Shown here: positions 1 through 9,362 of the stretch, one piece after another | Layout of the letters: every line of letters begins with the position of its first letter | Numbering within the stretch: position 1 is the first letter of the stretch | From: Promethearchaeota archaeon | GTDB lineage: Archaea > Asgardarchaeota > Lokiarchaeia > Sigyniarchaeales > SOKP01 | Direction of reading: 5' to 3' | Assembly (NCBI GenBank): GCA_030606485.1 | Contig: JAUWGH010000005.1 | Span: 60,001-92,000, forward strand | DNA: 32,000 bases | The notes under the pieces: model-generated | Seen by the model: only the letters and a program-made list of their open reading frames with translations | Told to the model about the DNA's origin: nothing | The model's database searches: none | Made by a program: the position numbers and the translations under genes

Positions 1-193
1 CGTTAATTGCATTAACAATTGCATATATTATTTGACCAACGATAAAATATATGGGTAACAGTTGTAAATCATCAAAGAAAAATTCAACATAATATAATGT
101 GAAAACAAACCCAAGTAATGCCATAGGAATGCCACCAAATGAATATCCTAGCATTTGTTTATTGGTGAGTTTCTCGGATTTGTTATTTTCCAT
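1..193 (-). CDS. MFS transporter, GPH/MelB-like (5' part only, runs off window)
   Basis: Manual translation from ATG at 193: MENNKSEKLTNKQMLGYSFGGIPMALLGFVFTLYYVEFFFDDLQLLPIYFIVGQIIYAIVNAIN(D); matches the GPH-family N-terminus (L.YS.G ... NA.NDP). Not in the ORF track. Confidence 0.8.
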   Translation of the reverse strand, partial: MENNKSEKLTNKQMLGYSFGGIPMALLGFVFTLYYVEFFFDDLQLLPIYFIVGQIIYAIVNAIN

Positions 194-285
194 TAATTAT
201 CATTTATTTATTTTTTAAATTAATATTTCTTATTCCATTTTGAACTATTTAATAATTATCAAGGAAAAAAATTTTAAAAAAAATT

Positions 286-2250
286 CTAAATATTAGTTTC
301 CATTAAAATTTTTTTGCGTTTTCGAATAATTTTAAAAATTATCAACAACCCCACTGGTACACTGCAAGCAATAATTATTACAATTATAATAAATACAATA
401 ACAGGGTTTTCAACATTTGCTTTTAATGATTCAATATCAACAGAACTTAATTGAACTAATACATTTTCATTGTATATTAAACTCACTTCAGTTGGATTAA
501 TTGTCATTGGTATGGAAAAAGTCGTAGTACTATTTATCCAAACATTTTCATTGAATAAAATTTGTCCATTTGCGTCATATACCTGAAGTGGAATTTGTTG
601 AGAATAAGGATAATTATTATTTGCTTCATTGAGGTCTTCAACAGTAATATATAGTATGCTCTGATACAAATCGTAAATAACACTCGTAAAAACATAGTTG
701 GGGAGATATGGATTATCAAACCAAGGCAAAAAGAACCAATCCAATGATGTCCCAACGATATCCTCAAAACACTGCTGTAAATCTGATAATAAAGCAATTT
801 TATATTGATATCGCTCAAAGTAGAGCTTTAATCCTATGAAAAAATTAACATCACCGATACTATTACGAAGTTTTTCTAAAATCAAGGGAGCTTTTTTATA
901 TGCAATATACCAATAATCAGTATATTTTGTATAACACTCATATATCGATTGATTTATTCTATTTGGTAGTTCCTCTTCTGCGTAATAAGTCCTTACTTTA
1001 TCGATATATAATTCATCTTGAAAATATTTCCAATCAGAATGATATATCTCAGCATAATAGTCTGTCGACCAACAAGCGAGCATCTCATCTAAAAAACCCC
1101 AGTCTACTTCATCATTTCCCACAAGATTAAACCACCACTGATGACTAGTCTCATGTACGATAAACATCTCGAGAAACCATTGTGGATAATTCCAATAATC
1201 TATAGATTCTGTTATATAAACTTGATTTGGGTATTCCATGCCACCAAAAAATGAATACTCCTCAACAATGTTAAATGTAGAATAAGGATATATACCAAAG
1301 ATTTCATTATATAAGGTAAAAGCATTAATACCATAATCTAAGGCATAGTTCTTCCAAATAGATTGGGATTTTGGCAAGTAATAAGTGGAAATATTAACAC
1401 CATTTACTATCTTGGAATCAATCATAAAATATTTTGAAGCTGAAAATGTAACCTCTCGAACAGGATAAATCGTATCAAAATGATAGAGAGCATTTAATCC
1501 ATTAACCTTTTTTTCAACTAATTTACCTGTTGCAGCTACTACAAATCCAATAGGCACTTCAACAAACAAGTTATAATAAGCCATATCAAAATAGAATGGA
1601 TCTCCTACATCCAAATATGGATCTATATTCCAACCATCAAACTTATCATATACGCATGGCATAGGATAAAAACCTGAAAATTTATAAATTCGAGATTGGT
1701 TGGAATCTTCTCCGTGTGAATTTGCTCTATCAATACCCCCATCTGGTAGTGTAGCAATAAATCTAATAATAAATGAAACCCGCTGAAATGATTCTAAAGT
1801 GGTGTCTAAAGTCACCCACATAATTTGATCCCCTGAATCTACTTCAAATGTGAGAGCGATGTCGGAGTTATCTGCTTTTGTTACATTTAGAATTTCAATA
1901 TTACCTATTCTACTTTCAAACTCCATACCGGATAAATAGAGATGAAATGGAAGTTTTTCAAAACTTTCGGCATCATTATTATAAAAATCAACACTCAAAT
2001 TTCCTTGAACACTTGAAGTGGTTTCATCTAATTTTACGGATAGAATATAACTTGAGAAATTTCCCTCAATTAAAGCCAAATTTGGAGACTCTTTAATCTC
2101 TATAAGATCCCCATCAGAAACGAAAATTTTCTCTTGTGATGAGTTGGAAAAACTTGGAAGAAAAATCAGATAAGAAATTCCGCATAAATTGAAATAAGTA
2201 AGCAGAATTATAAGAAGAAATCGATAAATATTTTTCATTTTAAATATCAA
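286..2250 (-). CDS. Membrane-anchored M1-family zinc aminopeptidase
   Basis: GGMEY exopeptidase motif, HETSH-x18-E zinc motif, AYKKA catalytic-Tyr region, hydrophobic N-terminus, C-terminal TM helix with RKRKK tail. Start could be ATG at 2238. Confidence 0.9.
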   Translation of the reverse strand: MIFKMKNIYRFLLIILLTYFNLCGISYLIFLPSFSNSSQEKIFVSDGDLIEIKESPNLALIEGNFSSYILSVKLDETTSSVQGNLSVDFYNNDAESFEKLPFHLYLSGMEFESRIGNIEILNVTKADNSDIALTFEVDSGDQIMWVTLDTTLESFQRVSFIIRFIATLPDGGIDRANSHGEDSNQSRIYKFSGFYPMPCVYDKFDGWNIDPYLDVGDPFYFDMAYYNLFVEVPIGFVVAATGKLVEKKVNGLNALYHFDTIYPVREVTFSASKYFMIDSKIVNGVNISTYYLPKSQSIWKNYALDYGINAFTLYNEIFGIYPYSTFNIVEEYSFFGGMEYPNQVYITESIDYWNYPQWFLEMFIVHETSHQWWFNLVGNDEVDWGFLDEMLACWSTDYYAEIYHSDWKYFQDELYIDKVRTYYAEEELPNRINQSIYECYTKYTDYWYIAYKKAPLILEKLRNSIGDVNFFIGLKLYFERYQYKIALLSDLQQCFEDIVGTSLDWFFLPWFDNPYLPNYVFTSVIYDLYQSILYITVEDLNEANNNYPYSQQIPLQVYDANGQILFNENVWINSTTTFSIPMTINPTEVSLIYNENVLVQLSSVDIESLKANVENPVIVFIIIVIIIACSVPVGLLIIFKIIRKRKKILMETNI

Positions 2251-2308
2251 AACTATAAAATAAACAAGTTTTATTAACTTTATTTTATCTTTTTTAATTA
2301 TCCTTGAT

Positions 2309-3148
2309 TTAAACTCTTTTCTTATATTCTTCTAATAACCGTTCTGGAGAAATATATCCTCGAATATTTTTTGGACCTTTAAAATATACTGCTTTAGGAA
2401 ATAATTTAAAATAAAGAGCATTTGTAGGGCAATTTCGGGTACATTTAAAACAGATCATGCATCTATTGTGATCGATTATTAGTTTTTCATTAAAAGATAT
2501 TGCTCCTGTGGGGCATCCTTTCTCACAAGTTTTGCATTGGATGCATTTTTCTGAGTTAAATCCAAACAAACGACTTAAAATGTTATAAGATGGTCTTTCT
2601 AATACTTTAAAGTAAGCATAAATTACTCTACTAAATGGCATAGGTATTGATGACCAATCTAAAGTGCCTTTTCCCAATCTTATTATTTTACCAAGTTTAA
2701 TTCCAAATTGAAAAGATCTTTCAATACTTCTTCTTGACCACATAACATATTTAAATAAATTCGTTTCAAATAGTGAATCCCTTGTAGGAACTATTATTTC
2801 AATTGCCCCGATAAACTCACAATTTTTTAGTTCCAATGTTTTTCTTATGTTTCTAATTGATGGTCCAGGAAGTCCAGCACTCGTATCGAATAAAAAAAAT
2901 TTTATTTTTCGATTAACCCTTGGAATTTTTTTAACCCAATCTCTAATATTGGGAGTGAAAGACATGGCATAAACTGGGGCTCCAATTCCAAATACATTAA
3001 TTCTATTAAAATCTAAATTCTTTTCCTTTAAAGAATTAAATGGAATCAATTCAGTTTCAAAATTAGCGAATTTTAACCCTTCACTAATTAATTGAGCTAT
3101 GTATTCTGTATTACCAGAAGATGAAAAATATATAATTGGAATTTTCAT
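2309..3148 (-). CDS. EFR1-family flavodoxin-ferredoxin fusion
   Basis: N-terminal YFSSSGNT flavodoxin loop; C-terminal CIQCKTCEKGCP and CMICFKCTRNCP [4Fe-4S] motifs. Confidence 0.9.
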   Translation of the reverse strand: MKIPIIYFSSSGNTEYIAQLISEGLKFANFETELIPFNSLKEKNLDFNRINVFGIGAPVYAMSFTPNIRDWVKKIPRVNRKIKFFLFDTSAGLPGPSIRNIRKTLELKNCEFIGAIEIIVPTRDSLFETNLFKYVMWSRRSIERSFQFGIKLGKIIRLGKGTLDWSSIPMPFSRVIYAYFKVLERPSYNILSRLFGFNSEKCIQCKTCEKGCPTGAISFNEKLIIDHNRCMICFKCTRNCPTNALYFKLFPKAVYFKGPKNIRGYISPERLLEEYKKRV

Positions 3149-3173
3149 TATCTAATTATTTTATAGTTTTTAG

Positions 3174-3207
3174 CAAAAAAAAATTTGGCGATTAATCAAT
3201 ATTCGCC
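3174..3207 (-). terminator. Possible terminator (GGCGA/TCGCC stem followed by a U-tract)
   Basis: 5-bp GC-rich inverted repeat (3187-3191 / 3203-3207) followed on the minus strand by a T run, about 30 nt after the 3237 stop. Confidence 0.25.
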
Positions 3208-3236
3208 TATTTGAATTTTAATTTATTTAGAATCTT

Positions 3237-3908
3237 TTAATAGACCCAACCAAGAATTCCCAAGCAAACTATATTGGCTATTATGGCAAATCCATAAATA
3301 ATTCCCAAAACTTTAAGTTTATTCTTATTGTCTCTCATGTCATGTACCCAAAATGTAACAACATAGAAGTGAAAGTATCCGAGAAAAAAAATCAACCAAA
3401 TCCCAGCGATAGAAGCGTTCCAAAAGGGATATTCCCAAACTAAAAGACCTCCAATATTCAAAAGAACCTCCACGAAAACACAAAAAACTGAAAATCCTAT
3501 AGATAAGGCCCAGCGATTCGGAATTCCCAAAATTTTTGCATTCTTATCTTCTGGAAGTGCATTTGCGAAAACGATGCCCGATATTAAGAACATGAAAACA
3601 ATTTCAACGTTCCAACCCATCATTATCCGCAATGCTGTTTCCCCTGGGGTAGTCCAAAACGCTGAATGTTGTGTAAGATGATATACCCAACCATTCCAAG
3701 TTTCATTGATAAAATCCATGCCAAAAAGAGCCAGACCAGAATAAACAACATTCCAATTACCAGATTCACGGGCTTTCTTGATCTCGATAGTATAGATATA
3801 TAAAACAATCGCAAGGAGGGGGATTACATACCATTTAAGCGTTGAAAGATCTCTAAGCCCCTCCAGCGCCTGTAGTGAAGCTTCTGTACTCATATTTATC
3901 AAAACCAT
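3237..3908 (-). CDS. Conserved hypothetical polytopic membrane protein
   Basis: About 6 hydrophobic segments with polar motifs (DFINETWN, GWNVEIVFMF, FVEVLLN..G.LVW). Start probably at MSTEAS (3893). Confidence 0.75.
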   Translation of the reverse strand: MVLINMSTEASLQALEGLRDLSTLKWYVIPLLAIVLYIYTIEIKKARESGNWNVVYSGLALFGMDFINETWNGWVYHLTQHSAFWTTPGETALRIMMGWNVEIVFMFLISGIVFANALPEDKNAKILGIPNRWALSIGFSVFCVFVEVLLNIGGLLVWEYPFWNASIAGIWLIFFLGYFHFYVVTFWVHDMRDNKNKLKVLGIIYGFAIIANIVCLGILGWVY

Positions 3909-4023
3909 TAATTTTTATTTAATAAGTAATTTGCCTTAACGATTTATAAAATTATATGATAAGCTTTTTACAATGAATATTAATTAAAAAATTAGCGAAT
4001 TCTACCTAAGTATAGATTTATAT

Positions 4024-4350
4024 TTATTTTTCAATTAATTTGCATAATTTATTTTTTAATTCTTTTTTTTCAGTTAATGAAAGATTTTTTGAATCTTTTC
4101 CCATTGTATCGTAGTAATCGAGAGGAATATTCTCTGAAAGTGAAAGAATTAGAATTATTGCATTTTGAATTAAATTCTTAATCTCAATTAAATTACTTGA
4201 TTTTTCTTTCTTCTTAAATAATTTCATAAGTTCAATTATCATTGATTCCTTCCATCTCTCTGTTTCTTCTGCGTTTCTATTTTTCGAAGAAAAAAATTGA
4301 AGGATTTTATCATAATAATCAATTTCCGAGAAATTATCAAAATCTTTCAT
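4024..4350 (-). CDS. Hypothetical helical protein (~108 aa)
   Basis: Part of the 166-aa ORF; start moved to ATG 4350 (MKDFDNF) because GAGGT lies about 12 nt upstream and the longer N-terminus looks like intergenic AT sequence. Confidence 0.6.
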   Translation of the reverse strand: MKDFDNFSEIDYYDKILQFFSSKNRNAEETERWKESMIIELMKLFKKKEKSSNLIEIKNLIQNAIILILSLSENIPLDYYDTMGKDSKNLSLTEKKELKNKLCKLIEK

Positions 4351-4560
4351 TTTTAATTGCATACCTCTTAACCCTATCATAATTCTCCCATTTAAATTTC
4401 GATAAAAAAATAAGATTTTTTTAATAAAATTGGTACTATAATTTTCTATTAAAATTAATGTATTCCAATTTTTGTCCTCATTTTTAATATATTTATAAAG
4501 TAGGAAGAAATATAGGACATCCAATTTATTAAATGAGAAAAAAGAAAAGAACTTAGATAA

Positions 4561-4815
4561 TTACCAAGATATCTTTATTGCCTTTTCAGGGCATGCTTTA
4601 ACACAATAGAAACAGCGCGTACAAACAGAGGGCCATACTGGTGTGATTCGCCAATATTGTGGATTATATGGATCCTCTTCTTTATAACCTAACGCTTCAT
4701 GCATCAAAAAGACACATGGATCACATACTTCAAGACATTTATGGCAATCTCTGGGGTCGACCTTCCCATTCTCTCCACATTTTGAATAATCAATTCTTAT
4801 TTTTGTTTTACTCAT
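4561..4815 (-). CDS. 2x[4Fe-4S] ferredoxin
   Basis: C-x9-CHKC-x3-C and CTRCFYCVKACP motifs; 8 nt downstream of the previous gene. Confidence 0.85.
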   Translation of the reverse strand: MSKTKIRIDYSKCGENGKVDPRDCHKCLEVCDPCVFLMHEALGYKEEDPYNPQYWRITPVWPSVCTRCFYCVKACPEKAIKISW

Positions 4816-4823
4816 ATAATCAC

Positions 4824-5696
4824 CTAGTATTTTCCATCAAATCCTGGATATTCTTCTCGTGGAATAAGGCGAAGTGCATCATTTTTGCATGCATGCCGGC
4901 ATATACCGCATCCAAAACATTTATCATAATCTATTATAACTCTATCTATTGAGGGAATATAGCGTATAGCACTGAATTGACACATGGATACGCATGCTTT
5001 ACATCCCTCGCATTTATCTTGGTCTAATTGGATAATATATTCTGCTTTATAGACTACATTCAAATCGAAATTATTTCTAAGACGAAGTCCGCCACATTCA
5101 GGGCTTTCACACGAGCATATAGCACATATATAGGGGACCGGCTGAAACCATACGGAAGCAATATATCCCTTTTTGTTATGCTCTTCCAATCTTTGCATAG
5201 CTTCTTCGCGATCAATTCGTACTACTCTATTTTTTGGAATAAAACGAGGAAGTTTCTCAATAATCTCAGATAAAATACCAAAATTGATACAAACTGCTTC
5301 TTTTTTTCCCCGCTGCATCCAACGGCACATACAATAATTTTCGATAATCGGTTCTGCAGCTAATTCAGAGAGAATAATTTTGCCATCTTCTAAAGGAATA
5401 ACTTGTCCAAAATGACCATCAGCTCTCAAAGGATTTCTTTTTTTGGTCTCTTCCTTATGAATCATCCCCTCAACCACCCGACGTATCACTCTCCCTATAA
5501 TAGGCATTTTAAGTTTATATCCCAGACCTATAGAAGAAAGTCCCATTATCTTTCTAATAAAAACCGTCTCAAAATTCATCCATTGCTCTGTTAAATAATC
5601 TTCTAAATTTAAATCCTTGGCAAGTTGATCGGAATAATTTTTGGCGTTCATATACCATTTCTTACCCGCTCCATGTTTCATACACCAATCACACAT
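4824..5696 (-). CDS. Cys-rich 4Fe-4S dicluster protein
   Basis: N-terminal CDWCMKH, internal CMCR..C and CAICSC..PEC, C-terminal CEGCKACVSMC and CFGCGICRHAC. Confidence 0.85.
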   Translation of the reverse strand: MCDWCMKHGAGKKWYMNAKNYSDQLAKDLNLEDYLTEQWMNFETVFIRKIMGLSSIGLGYKLKMPIIGRVIRRVVEGMIHKEETKKRNPLRADGHFGQVIPLEDGKIILSELAAEPIIENYCMCRWMQRGKKEAVCINFGILSEIIEKLPRFIPKNRVVRIDREEAMQRLEEHNKKGYIASVWFQPVPYICAICSCESPECGGLRLRNNFDLNVVYKAEYIIQLDQDKCEGCKACVSMCQFSAIRYIPSIDRVIIDYDKCFGCGICRHACKNDALRLIPREEYPGFDGKY

Positions 5697-5710
5697 ATTA
5701 AAAAAGCCTC

Positions 5711-5730
5711 ATTTATTTATTTATTTATTT
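5711..5730. repeat. (ATTT)5 microsatellite
   Basis: atttatttatttatttattt, immediately upstream of the GAGGC SD-like site of the 5696 gene. Confidence 0.7.
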
Positions 5731-5932
5731 GTTAATTTTTTTTTTAATTATTAATTAATTTGTAATAACATCAACTTCAATTTATATAAAGATTTCTGGA
5801 ACTTGAATCAATTAGAATAAATTACGTTATTAATATCTTCAAATCTCCTATAAATAATAAGGTGTTGCATAGGAAAAGATTTTTTCTATGCTAGATTTCA
5901 TGGCAATCAATAAATATGGAAGGGAAAAAAAA

Positions 5933-6853
5933 TTAATCGAATTTAACAGTGCGTAAATACTCTGCCATGCCCGTTCCAATTTCACCTGTGTCAATAGATT
6001 CCATAATAACCATCTGTTCAAATAATTCAGTATAACCTCCTGGAAACTCTCTTGCAAATCGTATGTGACTGTTTTGTTCCATTCGTTTTGATTTGATTGA
6101 ATATGATTTTCCTTCGACATCTGTGATAACATACATTGACGTAAGAGGACTTTGAAATTGATCAGCATCATTAATAGTTTTAATTTCCAGCTGAGCTAGT
6201 GGAATATTACCTTTATCATTTGCAATATACCCTGAAAGGTTAACTTTTTTCTTTTCATAATCTTTTCGGAATGCGCATGACCATTTTTTGAATTGGAAAT
6301 GACCGGCGAACCATTTATCAAATTGATGCCAATCTCTATACCCCCAACTTTTATCTCGTTCACCAAAACCGCGAATTGTTCTGATACTATTATCTTTATA
6401 CTTTATTTCACCTGTAACTATTCCTGACGCTTCGAAATGCTGATGCCAAGATTCAGAGGAATCTTTTCCAAAAACATAAGGTGAAAATCTCGTTTCAAAA
6501 GTCAAGTTAAATTCGAATTTTCTGCATTTATAATCTATCTCCCATGTTTGGAAGGGTTTAATCATTTTATAGGTGAGTTTATTATCTCTTAACATGATAG
6601 TAATATCATTCACGTAATTTTCTAAAGAGGGTTCCTTATAATAAACTTCCATTTTGTTGTCCAAGAAAAGAACAAAAACAAGTTCTCTTTTTTTATCATT
6701 AGGTAATATTCCAATTGTAGAAAAACCTGAAATTTTGTTTTTAAGGTCCGCCCAATTGAAATAATAAGATTCTCTCCATTTTAAATCGTTATTAGGTTTG
6801 TGGAGTAGTTCAAAATCTTCTGATAATAGACGATTATTATCTTTTAGTACCAT
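5933..6853 (-). CDS. Beta-rich lipocalin/CrtC/tocopherol-cyclase-like protein (DUF7064/DUF7065 type)
   Basis: WRESYYFNW, HQHFE..G...G and GFGERDKSWG.RDW motifs recalled for this double-barrel family; not verified by search. Confidence 0.6.
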   Translation of the reverse strand: MVLKDNNRLLSEDFELLHKPNNDLKWRESYYFNWADLKNKISGFSTIGILPNDKKRELVFVLFLDNKMEVYYKEPSLENYVNDITIMLRDNKLTYKMIKPFQTWEIDYKCRKFEFNLTFETRFSPYVFGKDSSESWHQHFEASGIVTGEIKYKDNSIRTIRGFGERDKSWGYRDWHQFDKWFAGHFQFKKWSCAFRKDYEKKKVNLSGYIANDKGNIPLAQLEIKTINDADQFQSPLTSMYVITDVEGKSYSIKSKRMEQNSHIRFAREFPGGYTELFEQMVIMESIDTGEIGTGMAEYLRTVKFD

Positions 6854-6858
6854 TAAAA

Positions 6859-8016
6859 TTAATCCTCAGCTAGTAAATATAATGAGGGTCCTTCTTTAGC
6901 TACCTGTCGTTTACTTCTGAATAGTCTAGGTATGCCAGGATCAAAATCGCTTTCCATGAAGATTGGAACGTATTTATTCATCGTTCGTTCTGTGAGTTCC
7001 CAGTTTATTTGGTCTGTGATACCTACAAAATTAGTATACCTCGCATATCCATAACAATAGGCAAATGCTCCCGCAATTAAACATTGTTTCCTATCCCATT
7101 TTGAGAATTTAAGAAATAATTCTTTATTAGCTTTCACCGCATAATCACTAAATGCATCTAGGACATCAAACTCAATAGGTTTCACCTTGGTTCCATCTCG
7201 TGTAAATAAGGCAACACCTGTTATATTTTCTGAATAATTAAGTGGTGTAGTAGTCATTGTTGCGAAATCATCAAATTTTGCATCTACATCTTTTAATCTA
7301 AATGCAAAAGCGATATTACTAAAAGGTGCCTTTGCTTCAGTAGCCGACCATGGAAAGTGTGGTTTTTTACCGTCATATAGATGCATAATTTCTCTGAAGA
7401 TCATAATTTCATTCTCACTGATTCTATAGGGTCCGTGGTCACATATTTTTGCTCTTGCTTCACATTCATCAAGAAATGAGACAACTTCAAGATTCGCCAT
7501 TATTTTCTTAATCTCTACAGCCTTTTTACTAGTTACATCTATGATTTGATTTATCGACCATTCTATATCAGGTTGATTTAAAACAATATTTATCTTATTT
7601 GAATCATAAACAGTCGGTTTTTCATCAAGGAAATATGAAGAAGCTAAACATTTCCAGAAATCAAGAATAAACATAGTTTGTTCCCTCTTCTCTCTAGTTT
7701 CACTTTTTGGATCTCCATTATCTCTCTGGATTTCTCCCATCCTGCCAACCATATAATATAACGGAATATAGAACAGAGATAATGCATGGAGTTCTGAGAG
7801 AATCTTTCTACTCTCTTTCCCCATACGCTCCGGTGTGGTTTTTTCCGATACTTTTTTTAAAATATCATAAAGCATATCATAGGAGTTATAAAAAGAAACA
7901 CAAACATAAGCAGTTACTGGAAACAGTTGTGATTCCAAAAGACCTCTTTTCTTAACTTGGTAATCTATAATTTCAGAAATATGAGAAATAAGATCATTTA
8001 CTTCTTTGATATTCAT
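6859..8016 (-). CDS. Conserved hypothetical protein (385 aa)
   Basis: Long ORF with normal composition, 5 nt from the next gene; contains FLDECEAR..ICDHGPY; no recognised family. Confidence 0.8.
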   Translation of the reverse strand: MNIKEVNDLISHISEIIDYQVKKRGLLESQLFPVTAYVCVSFYNSYDMLYDILKKVSEKTTPERMGKESRKILSELHALSLFYIPLYYMVGRMGEIQRDNGDPKSETREKREQTMFILDFWKCLASSYFLDEKPTVYDSNKINIVLNQPDIEWSINQIIDVTSKKAVEIKKIMANLEVVSFLDECEARAKICDHGPYRISENEIMIFREIMHLYDGKKPHFPWSATEAKAPFSNIAFAFRLKDVDAKFDDFATMTTTPLNYSENITGVALFTRDGTKVKPIEFDVLDAFSDYAVKANKELFLKFSKWDRKQCLIAGAFAYCYGYARYTNFVGITDQINWELTERTMNKYVPIFMESDFDPGIPRLFRSKRQVAKEGPSLYLLAED

Positions 8017-8354
8017 ATTAACACAAATCTAAAGTTTTAAAAATATATTATAATTTTAAACTTATTATTATTTAACTATTTATTTAACTAAATCTCGGAA
8101 TTAAATGATTGAGATTATCAAAAAAAACCCCAAGTTTTTAATTGTATTTTTTTTAACACAAATTCATTATTTTTTATGAAATGGTTGTAATATTATATAG
8201 AAAATATTATATAGTTAAAGAATATTAAATTTCTTTGAATAATTAATTCCCTTTTAAAAAAGATGTAGTTGCAAGGGAATACATTATTATTAAAAAAAAA
8301 ATTTAAAATTGAGTGAATTTTAAATAGAAATATTCCATATAGGTGTAAATTTTT

Positions 8355-9242
8355 ATGGGATCAGAAAAAAGAGACTATATTGAAAAAATAAAAAAATCTG
8401 AAGAAAAATACCGCACACTTATTAATAGTATAGTAGATGTTATTATAGAATTAGATTCAAGTGGAACATTTACTTTTGTAAATCCGCGAGTTTTTGATTT
8501 GTTTGGGTATCAACCGGAAGAAATGATTGGAATAAATGCATTTAATTTCGTCCATCCAGAAGATATACCAGAAATTGCAAAAAAAATGAACGATGCAATA
8601 TATTCAAGAGAAATTATAGAAGTTATCTATAGAACACGCCATAAAGATGGACATTATATTGTAGTTCAAGCGAGAGGAGGGATGTATAATGATAATGAAA
8701 AAATCAAATTTATTGGAGTTATTAGAGATTATAGCGAACTAAAAGAAGCAGAACAAAAAATAAAAGAATCCCAAGAAAATTATAAAGAATTATATAAAAA
8801 GTTAGAACAAAAAGTCTCAGAAACAACCATAGATTTTAAGGAATCAGAAAAAAAATTTCGTCATTTATTTGAAACATCTCCATTTGCGATATTTCTACTA
8901 AAATTTATAGGTATAATTATAGACTGCAATTCTGTTGCTGAAAGATTATTTAACCTAAAAAAAGATGAAATAATTGGCAGAAATTTTCTAGAACTGGCAG
9001 CATTTCCTTCAAAAGCATATACTAAGATTGAGAATGCTTATAAAAAGTTGTGTAGAGGAGAAAAGTTAAATCCTATTGAGATTCAAATTCATACCGAAGA
9101 TGATGAATTAATTTGGGTGAATGTTATAAATACTTTAGTTAAATTACACAATGAAATCCAAATTCAAGTTATCGTTCAAGATATTTCTGAGCAAAAACTA
9201 ACTGAAAAGGCTTTGCAACCTTCAGAGCAAGAAAGTCCTTAA
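8355..9242 (+). CDS. PAS-PAS sensor protein with no output domain
   Basis: Two PAS S-box units (EEKYRTL..VHPED..RDYSE; EKKFRHLFE..VQDISEQK) joined by a coiled coil; no H-box or HATPase. Confidence 0.85.
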   Translation: MGSEKRDYIEKIKKSEEKYRTLINSIVDVIIELDSSGTFTFVNPRVFDLFGYQPEEMIGINAFNFVHPEDIPEIAKKMNDAIYSREIIEVIYRTRHKDGHYIVVQARGGMYNDNEKIKFIGVIRDYSELKEAEQKIKESQENYKELYKKLEQKVSETTIDFKESEKKFRHLFETSPFAIFLLKFIGIIIDCNSVAERLFNLKKDEIIGRNFLELAAFPSKAYTKIENAYKKLCRGEKLNPIEIQIHTEDDELIWVNVINTLVKLHNEIQIQVIVQDISEQKLTEKALQPSEQESP

Positions 9243-9270
9243 TTTAAAATAGTTTTATTTTCATTTCAAC

Positions 9271-9284
9271 TTCAATTGTGAAAT
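9271..9284. repeat. 14-bp direct repeat, copy 1 (TTCAATTGTGAAAT)
   Basis: Exact match to 10681-10694. Confidence 0.6.
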
Positions 9285-9362
9285 ATTTAATTAGATTCTT
9301 TATACTATAATTTAATTTCCTCAATTGTTCTTAAATATTTTAGTAAAGATTAATCTTTCTAT

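Noticed and set aside
3061-4002. AATTAGCGAATT present at 3061 and 3991
   Set aside because: One copy is inside a coding region; 12 bp is within chance.
4351-4524. Long N-terminus of the 166-aa ORF
   Set aside because: Composition of AT-rich intergenic DNA; the SD-like site favours an internal ATG.
534-7955. Short overlapping ORFs in the track (534-818, 900-1130, 1878-2096, 3623-3814, 4659-4952, 5028-5273, 5403-5594, 5848-6171, 7707-7955)
   Set aside because: Antisense or alternate-frame shadows of well-supported genes, with no motifs.
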